From: Octopus sinensis
Taxonomy: Eukaryota
Length of the DNA stretch: 64,000 nucleotides
Reading direction: 5' to 3'
Assembly: GCF_006345805.1 (NCBI RefSeq)
Contig: NC_043004.1
Span: 25,668,001 to 25,732,000 of the forward strand
Positions within the stretch are counted from its first letter, which is position 1. The number at the start of each line of letters is the position of its first letter. The notes under the pieces were generated by a model, which was given only the letters and a program-made list of their open reading frames with translations, searched no databases and was not told the origin of the DNA. A program made the translations under genes and the position numbers. Positions 25,228-38,620 of this stretch are shown here, piece after piece.

Positions 25228-26519
25228 TGTGTGTGTGTGTGTATTATTAGCATATACACAACAAGTTGAGGATATGTAAGCAACATCAGAACAAATAAGA
25301 CAAATAAAATAGTTGAAACCTGTGAAAGAGCATGGATTGAGTTAGGTGAGCATATGATGGGCCGTAGGGGTAGAGAAGATGAGAGTCATATGGGGGTGCA
25401 GAGTTATTTTGTAAAACTACAGTAAAGTCTTATTTGTGAAGAGGGAAACTAGCTAAATTGTACAGTACAGTCCTATCATTTGTGAGGGGTATAATAGCTA
25501 AATACTGCAGTAAAGTCCTACCATTTGTGTGTATGTGTGTGGGGGGAGGTGTACTAGCGAAATACCACAATCATTTAGTTGAACCAGAAAACTGTAACAT
25601 AAACCATTACTCTTTTGAAAAGTAATGCCTTTCATTCTTTGTCAATCATAATTTTCAAAATAACTCATTTATCATACTTCCCTAAATAGTTTCTTCATTG
25701 AAATAACAGACTGAAACCCTATCTTTAAGGTTCTCTTTTCTTCAATGTCATCATAGCCTTCTCCACAATCTGTAGTAGAAAATATCAAAGCCAATCTAAT
25801 TTTAGAATCAAACAGCTTTTAAGGATGATATACACCACACACACTTCTTTCACATGATAAAGTTAAAACTCCAGACAAAATACATCTTTGCTTGATGTTT
25901 GGTACCTACAGTTCAACTAAGATGAGTCCCTCACTAAAAGCCCTTCCTAACACCAATTGCTTTACAGAGTGTAGTGGGTGCTTTTTATGGTGCACATAGT
26001 CACCAAGCAAGTTGCAAGATAAAGAGTCAAATGAAACAGAATAACAAAGTGCACAAATGAAACAAAGAGTAAGATAAAGAGAGAGATGGTGAAGATGTGT
26101 TGGGACATGCCCTCAAGGGACATTGGGGGTGGTGAGAATAAGTGATGATATACAGCAGCTTGGACTGAGTTGGTGGGCAGGTTAAAGGTGACTGAAGCAA
26201 ACGATGAAGAGTGGGTATGCAAAGACATTGAGGGTGATAGCTGACATACAAGGTGGTAATGATGGAAAACACAAGGGAGAGAAGGTACAGAAAGGAGGTG
26301 ATAGGTGGAGACCGGTGGAAGACGATAATGGGAAAGAGAAATGGTTTGGGGTGGGGGAGGTAACTGAGAAAAGGGGAGGATGTAATATGCACCTATTTTG
26401 CTCTCAAATGATAGAGAAGTGATGGGTGTTAAAAGATGAAAGGTGGTGGGGAAATGGTTGACAAGACAGAGAGGATGCAGGTGAGCTTGGGGCAGAGCCC
26501 CTCACAGTTAAGCATTAAC

Positions 26520-26958
26520 CAAGATGGTTTAGGATATCAATTCTGCTGTAGTGAATGGGTCTTCTTGAGTACAGCAAGGTGCCAGATATCTTGGTCCTTT
26601 GTCATTGCCTTCACAAGTGTCTTGAGGTTGGCTTTCAGTACTTCATGCTTTGTCTTCCAGAGTCTTCCTCTTCCATGAGTTCCATCCACTTTATCAACAC
26701 TTCTTTATGCAACTGTCCACATCCATATGCATCACATGACCAAACCAGTGCATTCTTCTCTCCTGCATACTGCATTTAATTCCTCTTATGCCTAACTTTT
26801 CTCTTAACACACTAGCGCTCTGCTGCACATGTACACTGACACTGCACATCTCATGAAGCATGCTAAGTTTTATTCCTCTTTGGTCTTCGCATGCTCTCCG
26901 CATTAAGAGCCCATGTAACACTGCTGTTCATACACATGCATCATACAATCTTCCTTTC

Positions 26959-26989
<31 letters not shown>

Positions 26990-27005
26990 CCTTTGGTTGC
27001 CAACA
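26520..27005 (-). mobile_element. RTE LINE 3' fragment
   Basis: Reads LREKLGIRGIKCSMQERRMHWFGHVMHMDVDSCIKKC; same family as 15505-17800. Confidence 0.8.
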
Positions 27006-28232
27006 GAGGTATATAAACAGTTCATTTCTAATCCAAAGCAGATTTACATAGAGATAAGCTGCAGATTAAACCATACTAAAAATAATAGATCAACAAGGAC
27101 TGCAATAAATTACAAAATGTAAAATCAATAGTTTTATTTTTGAAAGTATTTATGATATAATTAACAAGATATACACACACACACACCTACCTTACATACC
27201 TAAGTATAGTCAGAGAAAGTTATCTGTAAGCAGTAGTTACGTTTAAGTACAATCATAAAAACCTCTTTTACATACATTCAAACTTTATATCTCTCAAATT
27301 AAACCATATCATTTTAAAGGGGTAAAGTCACCTTAAATACATCATGGTTGAACAAAAGGTGTAAGTAAGAACACCTATGATTTTAAGAGTACCTGAGCAA
27401 GAGTGACTTGGGGTTCAGTAACAAAAACAAGCAATACTTTGTGAAACTGTTAGTTTACTCAACTTCTACTCGAATAATCTGTTCATCATTATTATTTAAT
27501 GTCTGTCTTCATGCTGGCACTGCCTGGATGGTTCAACAGGGTTAGATGGGAGCAAGACTGTGTTGTGCTCTGCTGTCTGCTTTGGCATGGTATCTATGGC
27601 TGGATGCCCTTCCTAACACCAACCACTTTACAAAGTGTATTATGTGTTTTTCATGACACCAGTACTAATGAGGTAACTAAATCACTTGGAAGTCAGGATT
27701 TCTCAAACGAGTGGATGTGTAGGAGAGGGACAGGCAGCTTTATGTCAGGTGTTGAGAGGCTAAAGAATGATAGAGGGACAGGAAAAAGTGTTTTGCTGAA
27801 GGGGAGATATATGGCTACCTTGGCTGGGAAGAGAAAAAGATAGTTGTGATGTGGTATCAGTTGTACTTTCAAGGTTTGTATGCATATATAATGTACGGTT
27901 CTGTGATAGAAAATTCAACAAAAACAAAACAAAATTCCTAACTCTCAACTGACATCTAGGTCAGAAATTTTCAGTGGTTGCAAGCATACATATTAAGATA
28001 TTTTGAAGAACAGCAAAATTCCACCTATTCCAAAATTACTTGTTAATATTTTCCCAGCCTCATAATTTAAGGTCTAAGGAGAATAACTCTCATTTCCTTT
28101 TTACTTTTAACATTTTAGTTTTTGTGTTCTAGTTTTCCATTTTTTACCTTCTGGGTTTCCTATATGCTGCCTTTTCAGTTTTTTTTTTTTTTCCGTGTTT
28201 CTAACTTTTTTAGTTTGTTACGCATATGGTTT

Positions 28233-28287
28233 GTACCTGAAGAATATGTTTGAGATATTTCTCAACATATGAAATTATTAGTAGCAC
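28233..28287 (+). ncRNA. Candidate minimal type-I hammerhead ribozyme in a Penelope-like repeat
   Basis: GTAC-CTGAAGA-[ATATGTTTGAGA-TATT-TCTCAACATAT]-GAAA-TTATTA-GTA-GCAC. Both core motifs are intact, stem II is long, and stem I has one mismatch. Confidence 0.55.
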
Positions 28288-28984
28288 TTAGAGATATGCA
28301 TTGTGTCCTTTAAATAAGTGTGTGTGTATCTCTATATGTGTGTATGCATGTGTGTATACAATAAATATAGTTTAAGAAATAATAATAATAGAAGGCAAAT
28401 GTAGAAGGTTCAAAGTTATATATAAGTGCACTGTTACAAAAACTGCTAACTTACACAGTATGATATATATATATATATATATAGGGTGCTCTATTAACTT
28501 TCAACAAAGATTTTTAGCACATATACATTAATTTAAACCGAATATAACAAGTAACACAACTTCATTGGCTACATATGTACATAAATTCAAACAAAAAAAT
28601 GTTAACTATAAATTATCCTGGTCAATTATTGACTCTGTTACACCATTTACACATAAATCTTGTATCTGCTGTCTTTGTACAAAAGAATTGCAATAGATAT
28701 TATTATATAAACAAAATAACTTAATTAACTGCCAATCGGAATCATTACCCACATGCAGACAAAGGTTTTATAAAACTTTTAAACACTATAAGAGATCAAA
28801 TAAAGATTCACATCAATGTCTTGTTTTTCATACAGTGGTATCATAATAAAATAGCAGGATTGTTGCAAGTAAGAAAAAAGAAACTTAAAATTGAATTATT
28901 TTGAGTATACACATGTTCACATAATGTAAATTATCCATTGAGTGCCAGAAATATGTCGGCCTGAAACTTGAACCTGTACACCTG

Positions 28985-29625
28985 TTAGAATAAGAATAGC
29001 TTGGGCAAAGTTCAGAGAGCTCCTACCTCTGCTGGTGACAAAGGGCCTCTCGCTCAGAATTAAAGGTAGGCTGTATGATGCATGTGTATGAATAGCCGTG
29101 CTACATGGCAGTGAAACATGGGCCGTGACTGCTGAGGACATGCGTGAGGTTGCAAGGAATAAAGCCAGTATGCTCCGCTGGATGTTTAATGTCAGTGTAA
29201 GTACCTTGAGAGAAAAGTTGGCCTTAAGAAGCATCAGATGTGGTGCAAATGGATGAGGATAGCTGTGTGAAAAAGTGTCACACCCTAGCGGTTGAGGGGA
29301 AACTGTGGAAGAGGCTTTATTTACCAAGGTACTGTCAATTCAGATAGCTGGTCCCTCTGTTGGGTCAGTATTCGGCAGACTCTCTTTCTCCCATTGAGAG
29401 AAAAGTTGGACATGAGGCATCAGAGGTAGTGTGCCAGAGAGACAACTCTGCTGGTATGATCATGTGATGCGTATGGACAAGGACAGCTGTGTAAAGAAGT
29501 GCTGATCTCTAACTGTGGAGGGAAGCTGTGGAAGAGATAGACCCAGGAAGATATGAGATGAGGTGGCGAAGCATGATCTTTGAATGTTGTGCCTCAGAGG
29601 TGATAAAAAGTGACTGAGACCTCCA
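28985..29625 (+). mobile_element. Rearranged RTE LINE 3' fragments
   Basis: Reads RIRIAWAKFRELLPLLVTKGLSLRIKGRLYDAC..LHGSETWAVT, with a short inverted internal piece at ~29315-29395. Confidence 0.8.
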
Positions 29626-29627
29626 GT

Positions 29628-30395
29628 GTTAGTTAGTTAGTTAGTTAGTTAATTTGGCTCAAAAGCAAATAGCAAGGCCATGTAGGGGGACATGGAGTTA
29701 AATACAGGGTGGTGTTCATGTAAAGAGTTCAGGCCACTTGAGGTCCAGGGAGGCTTTGAACAAAGCGGTCGTCGGCATCTTCACCATCTCGTCTGGCAGC
29801 TTGTTCCACGGATCCGCAACCCGGACGGAGAAAGCTCCTCTCCTTCGATTGAGATGAAATCGTCGCAGGTAGAGCTTTTCGGAATGACCCCGCAGCCGAC
29901 GCTCTGGAGCAGGAGTGAAGAACAGCTTTTTCGAGAGGTTACACTTTCCGCTTATGATGTTGGGGGCGAGAATGAGATCACCACGGCGGCAGCATTTTTC
30001 AAGAGAATAAAGGTCGAGCGTCCTCAGCCTTTCTTCGTAGGACAAATTATTGAGACCATGAACCATGCGGGTAGCCAGCTTCTGGACTCTTTCGAGATGC
30101 TGTATGTCTTTGAGGAGATAAGGAGAAGAGGCTTGAATCCCATACTCCAATATGGGTCTCACCAGCGTGACATAGAGTGGTAGGAATATGGCTGCTGTGA
30201 GCATTCCGAATGACCGTCGAATCAAGAACAGAATTCCGCGTGCTTTGTTGGCAGCATGGACGCACTGGGCTGAAGGCGAAAAGGAGGAATCCACCAGGAT
30301 ACCCAGGTCCTTTACCTGATCGGTCCTCTCCAGCAGCAGACGACCCGGCTCGAAATCAAGTTGAGTTGCAGAACTCATCAGGCCTAGTGGAATCA
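29628..30395 (-). mobile_element. Young 5'-truncated CR1-like LINE with (TAAC)n tail
   Basis: Open frame KDLGILVDSSF...LYVTLVRPILEYG...LERVQKLATRMV...SYEERL...WNKLP. The tail reads (gtta)n on + at 29628-29651, and CpGs are retained. Confidence 0.88.
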
Positions 30396-30759
30396 TAGGT
30401 GTGGCCATGCCAGTATCATGTAGATGAGACCTGTGAAATCAGAGGCATGGTTATTGTGGTGCCATGTAAATGGTACCCATGAAATTGGAGTCAACCCATC
30501 ACCTTTGTCTTGTGAATTGCACCTGGACCCTAAGTAAGGCATGTGTAAAATTTGAATGAAATTGGTTGTGTAGTTCTCAAGATTTAGGGAAACACACAGA
30601 CAGACAGACAGATTCTCAGTTTTATATATATAAAGATTACTCCTTCTCATGAAGAAAACATTCTGAGTACTGCACTTTCTAGGATTCACAACTTCCAGGA
30701 TTCTGTATCCTCTGAGAGATTTTTGTATAATCTGCATTGCTAGCAAGGGTGACTACTTG

Positions 30760-31500
30760 AGCAGCTGAGAAGTCTGAGAAGTGCCCTGTAGAACACCACT
30801 CATTATTTGTGTTTCCTTTGAGGTGGCCACATTGGTCACCACTACCTGACTTCTATCTTTTAGAAAGTTATGTAGCCATTCACCAAGTTTTCCAACTATG
30901 CCAAAATTATGCAGCTTGTAACATATACCATGGTAAGGTATAGCATGTCCACATTTGAGTTGTTGAGCAGTTGCTTTAGCACCCAGTCATTATGCTGCAA
31001 GAGTTGTATCAGGCAGCATCTACCAGGTCGAAAACCATGCTGGGTGTCAGTCAGCAAGTCATTCTCTTCAAGGAATGCAATTAATTTCCTTCAGACTATT
31101 TGTTCCATGACTTTGCTGAGATGCGAATTCAGAGAGACAGGCCTATAGTTGTAGCATCAGCTGTTTCCTCCTTTATGAATAGGGCATATTATTCCTTACT
31201 TCAGTTTGTCCAGTAGCTTACCATTTGCAAAGACTCATTTACATGACTTGAGGTTTACTGGGAATCCATTGAGGCCAGGAGCTGAGTTTGCATGCACAAC
31301 ATCTATTGCCAGTATTATATCTTCTTTTTTGATATTGATGTAGTCAATTTTTTCTGCCTCCCTTTCAGTTTCTATTGCAGTAAGAATTCTACAGGTTTGC
31401 TAACTTGCATGTGCCATAAGAGCGGGGTAAAGACACTTTTGTATTGTTCATTCAGAGTTTCACCTATCCTCACTGGGTTTCCCATGAGGGAGCCATCTGT
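30760..31500 (-). mobile_element. Fragments of the CR1/Jockey-group LINE family seen at 9260-11715
   Basis: Reads TDGSLMGNPVRIGETLNEQYKSVFTPL (compare 11175-11250), QHGFRPGRC and SGVLQGT. Confidence 0.7.
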
Positions 31501-32355
31501 TTGGAGGAGTGACCTTACCCTGTACATCAGTACAACATTACATTTTGCTACTTTAAATTCCTCCACTACACATGACAGCAGGAGTTGTAGCTGTCCAGAT
31601 CTTACGTACAGACCTATTGAAGTGAAGCTTGGGGGAGCACCTAGCCACCTTCGAAAGTATTTATTTACCTTCCTCTCCACCCTTTCCAATGCTTGTCATT
31701 GGAATCCCATACAACATGAATAACAATATGAGTCTTGGAAGCAGTCAGTGTTGGTAGAGTCATGCCCTGTGTTTATCTGGAAGCCCTGATCTTTCAATCC
31801 TCCTCAGCTACTCCTCTGCTTGCTTCACAATATTGATGACATTGCTTCAGTCCAAGAGTGAATTGTTAAACAGCTTTCCAAGGCATATAATCGGATTTTC
31901 TACTAGTGATGGAATGGCCTCTCCTTACACTTATAGCTTGATTTTGTTGGTTACTTTGCCCATTCTGATTACCATACTCCTAGACTGTTTTGGGTTTAAA
32001 CTTCAATCTAACCCATGTTGCCATGTGTTCATGTGAAGTCAGCATTCTTTCTGCCTCCACATGATTTGTAGTTATTACCATATCATCCATGAAACCCCTT
32101 ATTGGGTGATGAATGCTGTCTGGTTTCATTGTTGGTCCTTGGGTTTCATTATCAGCAGCTGATATGAAGAGAATCATTCCCATGATGAAAAGAAAGGGGG
32201 AAATTGTGCAACCAGTAATAATTCCTTTCTCAAGGTCTTGCCAGAGTTGTAAGGTGAGCTGTTCTGAAGCTTAACTGGATGCCTCCAATGTGACTGGTGA
32301 TTATTCCTTTAATATGCAGGAGAAATTTGGTAGTAGTCAAGGGCTACATATATGA
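31500..32355 (-). mobile_element. HERO-like (RLE-type) non-LTR retrotransposon RT fragment
   Basis: Reads GIITGCTISP, PIRGFMDDMVITT, LKFKPK and RRWLGAPPSFTSIGLY..LQL..VVEEFKVAK. Confidence 0.65.
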
Positions 32356-33225
32356 GGGTATATATATATATATACATATACATACACACACATACATACA
32401 TGCATATATGTATGTACATATGCATACATACATACATATATATTTTGTTGTTTTGGAAGCCTGATGTGAAATTGTATGTTGAAACAGATATTGTTATATT
32501 TGGGGATGGTAATTTTTTTTTATATTGCCAAATAACCACAAGCACTATATACTTGTTCTTCACTTCAGCTTTATTATTATTCATATTTTAGTGTCCTTTG
32601 TCTGAAATCTTCTGTCACACATCCTGTAACCTCTTCAGTGACTCTCCATCCTACACGTCTTCCCTGTTCTTTTTAGTCCATGCTGTTTCTGTGGTGTACA
32701 TCCTTATCTGTGCATGTGTTTGTGTGTGTATGTGTGTTTTGTGTGTATATGGGTTTTTATATCATAATGTTTGTATCTATGACTATTTTTCCTTCTCTCA
32801 TTCTGTCTTTAGTTGTCATGTTGTGCAGTGTGGTTAGGGGTATTATTGTTCCATACATGTTTTCCATTGAGGCTCGATCTGTCTATTACTATGCGTGTGG
32901 ACTCTGTAATCTAAATGTCCTCTCTGAGCTCACACCAGCGTTCACCTATCTGCTCGACCTGGAAACCAAACCAACAATCTGGTGATCATGAGTGTAACAT
33001 CCGAACCACTAGACCACACATATATTCTTTTATTTGTTTCAGCTATTTGACTGCAGCCATGCTGGAGCACCACTTTCTAGTTGAACAAATCAACGCCAGG
33101 ACTTATTCTTTGTAATCTTTGTACTTATTCTATTGGTCCCTTTTGCTGAACTGCTAAGTTACAGGGAAGTAAACACACCAACATCGGTTATCAAGTGATA
33201 GTGGGGGGACAAACATATATGTGTT

Positions 33226-33273
<48 letters not shown>

Positions 33274-33438
33274 ACAGGCTTCTTTCAGTTTCCATCTACA
33301 AAATCCACTCACAAGGCTTTGGTTGGTCTGAGGCTATAGCAGAAGACACTTGCCCAAGGTACCATGCAGTGAGACTGAACCTGGAACCATGTGGTTGGGA
33401 AGCAAGCATCTTACCATACAGCTACACCTCCACCTATA

Positions 33439-34377
33439 TCTCTATATATAAAATTGAATTTCTGTGTTTGTTTGTCTGTCAAAATGAAAGTAAAGACACC
33501 AAATCTGTAAGAGTAGCCTCACCCTGGCTCAGATTCGAAACTGAATCTTTCAATTCTCCTTGGGCACACAGCCTATTGAAACGTCAAAAGAGACTGTGAC
33601 AAATGGGTGTTCCACCTGTTGCCTTTTCAGTGCTATCGCATGTTCACTCACATAATGAGTGACCTGGATTCTGTAAAGCTACTGTTCTATATGATAGTGC
33701 CTATTATGCTATTGCATAATTTGTTTCAACCAAAATTATGCAATGGCACAAGACTGCACTGAGGCAAATATTCTCACTGGTTGTGGGCAAAGGTGAGGCC
33801 ATCTTCATTCCTCGCATACCAGTTATACCATCTAATGTCGCATTCCAAATTAAATGGTTACAGTTTCCTATCTGAGTTTCTTTTGTCATGAGCATTAATA
33901 AAAATCAGGGCCAAACACTAAAAGTTGCTTTTCACTTGGACAACATTACATAGGAGCATCACGTTTGGGACCAACAGCTGATCTTTTTGCTTATGCACCC
34001 CAAAATAAAACAAAAATAATATTGTTTATAAAAAATATTCACGCTTAATGCAACATGAATACTTCAATAACTTAATTTGCCATTACTCACATTACATTCA
34101 AGAGAGTAAATTACCTATTTAAATTAAGTGTATTATATAATTACCATTAGTGTATTGATAAATAAAATAACACATACAACTCATTATTGTCATATAATAA
34201 AGAAACAAGAGTTCATGTATGAAACTAATTTTTTTTCTACTTCAATTATTACATGTTTTTCTCTTATAAAATACATATAGGAGGAGTAAATTATATATAT
34301 ATATAATAATACTTTGAATGTGGCTCCAGAGAAAGAGTAAAAGTAATTACCCAATCAACAACAGGTATTACTGCTAG
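33439..34377 (+). mobile_element. Non-autonomous Helitron with a PIF1-helicase C-terminal remnant
   Basis: 5' end A|TCTCTATATATAAAA and 3' end ...CTGCTAG|T. Internal remnant IFIPRIPVIPS..LQFPI*VSFVMSINKNQGQTLK. Confidence 0.75.
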
Positions 34378-35339
34378 TGTATATATATGTATGTGTGTAT
34401 GTATGATGGGCTTCTTTCTGTTTCTGTCAACTAAATCTACTTGCAAGACTTTGGTCAGCTATGGACAAACGTAAAAGACACTTACTCAAAGTGCTGTGCA
34501 ATGGGATCAAACTCAAGACAACATGGTTGAGAAGCAAGTTTCTTAACCATACAGCTACCTGCACATATGTGTGTGCATGCAGCAAAGGTTGAATAAAAAA
34601 TAAGTGCAAGAACATCACAATAAAATAAGGTGAGAGCCATATAAATGTGTATGTGTATATACACACACACACACATACACAGTCCTAAGACAATAGCTTG
34701 TCAAATATTCAATAGACATAGACAGATACAATTTTATATTCTAACAAGAAAAAGAAATTTGTTTAACAATAGTGAGTACTTCTCGTGTGAAATATCTATC
34801 AACAGCTAAAATGAAGATCAAGAAGGAAATCTGTAAATATTTATAGGATATTTACTGTACTTCACGGAACTTCCAAAACAACTGAAGAGTTTCAAAGAAG
34901 TTCCTGTTATGTAATAAAGTATATTCAGTTTGTAGGTTGAATAAAGTTAGGTAAATGAGTTTGTTTTATTGATAAAGTTCACTAACTTAGAATATGGCTC
35001 AGTGAATTCACCATTAACCAAACTATTTACACTTATACTATCTTACCATTTGTGGTACTGCCAGCTTTCTTCTTGAGACATGCTGTGAAAGGGAGATGTA
35101 CATTGTGTTCATACCTGCTATTAAAAACACATAAATTAGAAGTTTAAGTTCACTGTCTGCCATCTCCACATTGTGCAATATATCAACTTCTTGCAGAGGC
35201 TCCTGCTGTAAAATAGGTATGAGCTGATGCTGACCAAATTTAGATTAGTGAGGGTTATCTAACAGAAGGTTGTTCTTTAAATTTCTATTGATATCAGAAA
35301 TCAGATTCCTTACATGGCTGACTTTCAAGCAATTTTTAA

Positions 35340-35875
35340 CCCTTTAGCATTCAAATTTCTCTGTCAATGTTTATTTATTCACAGTGATAAAAAATAGTCA
35401 TGCATTACCTTGTAGCTTTGAGATTTCAATGATGTAATTGCTTATTTTTAGAATAATAGTGAGGTAAGTGTGAGAGGCCAGATCTGGCTGACTTGAAGAT
35501 AAAATAGAAAGATTATCTTGGCTGGATAAGGCCAATTTAAATGCTAAAGGGTTAAAGATCTTGTGGTGTTTGTGACCATTTAGAACATACTTCAATACAA
35601 GGTTTAAATACTTGTATAACTGGGTGCCACACCTGGATTAAACAGAGGCTTTAACCCTTTAGCATTTAAACTGGCCATAACCGGCCAAAAGTATTCTGCC
35701 TGTTTTATATTCAAATTGGCCAGATCTGGTCTCTCACACCAACCCTACAATATCATTTTAAAAATTAACAGCTACCTCATCAAATTCTCATAGTTACAAG
35801 ATAATGTTTGATTAGTTCAAAACAAAGTGGATGAAAAAGCATTAATTTTGGCAGAATAATGCAAACACTAAAGGG
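35340..35875. mobile_element. Two piggyBac-type (TTAA) MITEs in opposite orientation: 35340-35551 and 35655-35875
   Basis: Each runs TTAA|CCCTTTAGCATT...AA(T/C)(G/A)CTAAAGGG|TTAA. The internal sequences are reverse complements of each other around ggccagatctgg. Confidence 0.85.
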
Positions 35876-38099
35876 TTAAAGCTGGTGATGTACTTCGTGT
35901 TTTCTCTCTAACTTAGTGAGATACTATAAGGTGGAATGTAATGTAGTACCTCAGGGAAAGCTGTTCCCTAAAAGGCAATGTTGTAGTAATACAAAGGTCA
36001 TCTGATGAAATACTAGGAAAGTAATATATTCTAAATTCTTCAAGATTATATATAAATACATACTGCAATACATATACACACATACAGATAAAAACAAACA
36101 CACACACACATATATATATATATACATGCATAAATACACGTGCAAACACACATATACATAACACATACATATATACACCTATATATACTGAGAAAGAAGG
36201 AGAGAGAGGGGGGGTCATTCTTAATGACTAATATGGCATTATCTTCCATTGCTGCAGGGGCAAACAAATGAAGTGGTGTGAAAAGAAAGCAACTACAGAG
36301 ATACCAAAGAGAATAGACCATAGATTGATTATGAAATAGAAAAAATAATGGCTACTCAGAAAGAGAACTTAGACGAGATGCAGTTGAGATTTGTGCCAAG
36401 ATGAGGTACCACTAACACTCTCTTCCTTGTGAGAGAATTACAAGAGAAGATCTAAACTAAGAGCAAATTACTATACCTAACATTGATTAAGCTGGACAAG
36501 CCCTTTGAGAAAATAACATACTCTGTAGTCTGGTAATCACTAAGAAAACCAAGTATAAATGAATGAATTCAGAGAGCCATATAAAGACAAAGTCGGCAAA
36601 GTGAATAGTAACAAAGTGTACATCAGGGTTTGGTTCTCAGTTCACTCCTGTTGATTATACCTCTCCAGGGAATATATTGATAACATATCATAGCTGATTA
36701 GAAGAAAAAATTCCCATCATGAAAGCAAACCCTGCAAGATTCTATTGTCATCATATCATTTATTTGAGATTTACCAAATCATGAAATGATTCAGCTTGTA
36801 ATATCTTTACTGTTCCTCTAACTTATAAATTGATTTACCTTCAATGACATAGCAAAACAAAAGAAACCTTGAAATAAAACACACTTGCCACTTTGTTAAA
36901 AACTACACAGAAATACAAAATTTATCCTGCACGTAACAGAGACAGAGTTCCCAGAGCAAAACATTTCAAATATTTAATCAGACAATGTGAAAACTAAAAC
37001 AGGTTTCCATGTGCATCTGTTATTGCCTATGAATTTCAAACCTAGAGAAAGATTCAATACAGAAGTTACATGTGATTTGTTGTGCACATCTACGTCATCC
37101 ACATATCATTTAAGTCCATGTTCCATGTTAGCATAGGTTGGAAGGTTTGACAAGGATCCGTATCATACTCCAGTGTCTGTTTTGGTATGGCTTCTAGAGC
37201 TGGATGCTCTTCTTAATGCCAACCACTTTACAGTGTGTACTGAGTGCTTTTTATGTGCCATTAATACTAATGAGGTCACCATATAGCCCACAAGTCAACA
37301 AACCAAGTGAGGGAGGATGTTGCCTCTATGAGCTAGAAGGCAGATAAAATATAAGGGAAGAAGTTGGAGTAGAGCAGGTTCTTGTAGAGAAGTTACATGG
37401 CATCTCACATTTAGGAGAGAGAGTATATATATATACACACACAGACACACATATACATGTATGTACATGATGATGATGCACAGATATGCATAAATGTACA
37501 CATGTGTGTGAGTATATATGTATACTCAAATACATATGTATATATAAGGGGCATGGGTGGTGCAGTGTGTGTGTGTGTGTGTGTGTGGGCATTGCTTGGG
37601 GATGTATGGGTGTGTATGCAGGTGGACATGTAGGCATATGTGCATGTGGATGCTTGTGTATTAGTTCATATGTGAAGGCAGAATTAAGGGTTTGGGTGTA
37701 CAAGGCCATGGGGGTCAAACTACACAGATACTGGGGGTTGGTGGTTGGCAACCCTGCTCCTGGAAGTCAGTGATGGTATCCTGATGCTAAGGTGGTATGT
37801 CCAGGTTGTCAGCAACCAGTGGTTTGAAGTTCAACAGAAAGGCATACTTCTGGTGACAACAGAAGTATGCCTTTCGATGGATACTGCACGTTGTTAGATG
37901 TGTAGTCTTTCATTGAGGTAGAGTTGGCAATTACAGGCACCTGGTGAATAAGGTGGCATTCTGTCAATGATGGTCCATTTGATGCTGGGCATTTCATTTT
38001 GGAGGTCATGGAGTCGCCAGAAGAAGCGGAACAGAAAAGTGGAATGCACACACACACACATCAGATACGTATCAACATTGAATGCTTAGAATCCGGGAT

Positions 38100-38620
38100 A
38101 TTGTGGACTTTCAAGTTAAATGATAGTCAATAAGTTTGGAAACGCAGGAATTACAAACCCACTTCACCATGATACAGAATCATATTATCTTTAACAGGAA
38201 GCCTCACTCAGTTTCTTCAAGAGCTGCCTTGCTTTCATCAAGCAGTACTCCTTGGACTTGGTTGTCAGAATTTGTCCCTTGTACCTCTTGTATGAGTGAT
38301 AGCAAAGGTCATCATTCATGACCAGCTTAATGGAGGGGACTCCAACACTCATCTCTCACACCAAAATCTGGATTCCTTGCTTGAATCTTTCATCACTTTG
38401 TCCTATAGTTGTTGGCTGAATTCCAGTGTACGGATACAGTCCGAAAGCCTGCTGTCCTTTCTCGTTGACTACAGCTTTGTAGTCTGTTGCAACTGTCCAA
38501 ATCACATTTTACAACCTTTACAGTAGTCACAGAGCATTGAGCAGCAATCATAATGTCAGCATTTTGATACTTGGCACAAATCATAATACAAGTAACTCAT
38601 AACTCTTTCTCAATTACAAC
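38100..38620 (-). mobile_element. Tc1/mariner-type transposase N-terminal relic
   Basis: Reads MICAKYQNADIMIAAQCSVTTVKVVK (HTH-like), then VRTLEFSQQL and SYKRYKGQIL, with stops. Confidence 0.45.

Noticed and set aside
32309-37773. Many short ORFs rich in YI/CV/HT repeats
   Set aside because: They are translations of (TA)n, (CA)n and (TATG)n microsatellites.
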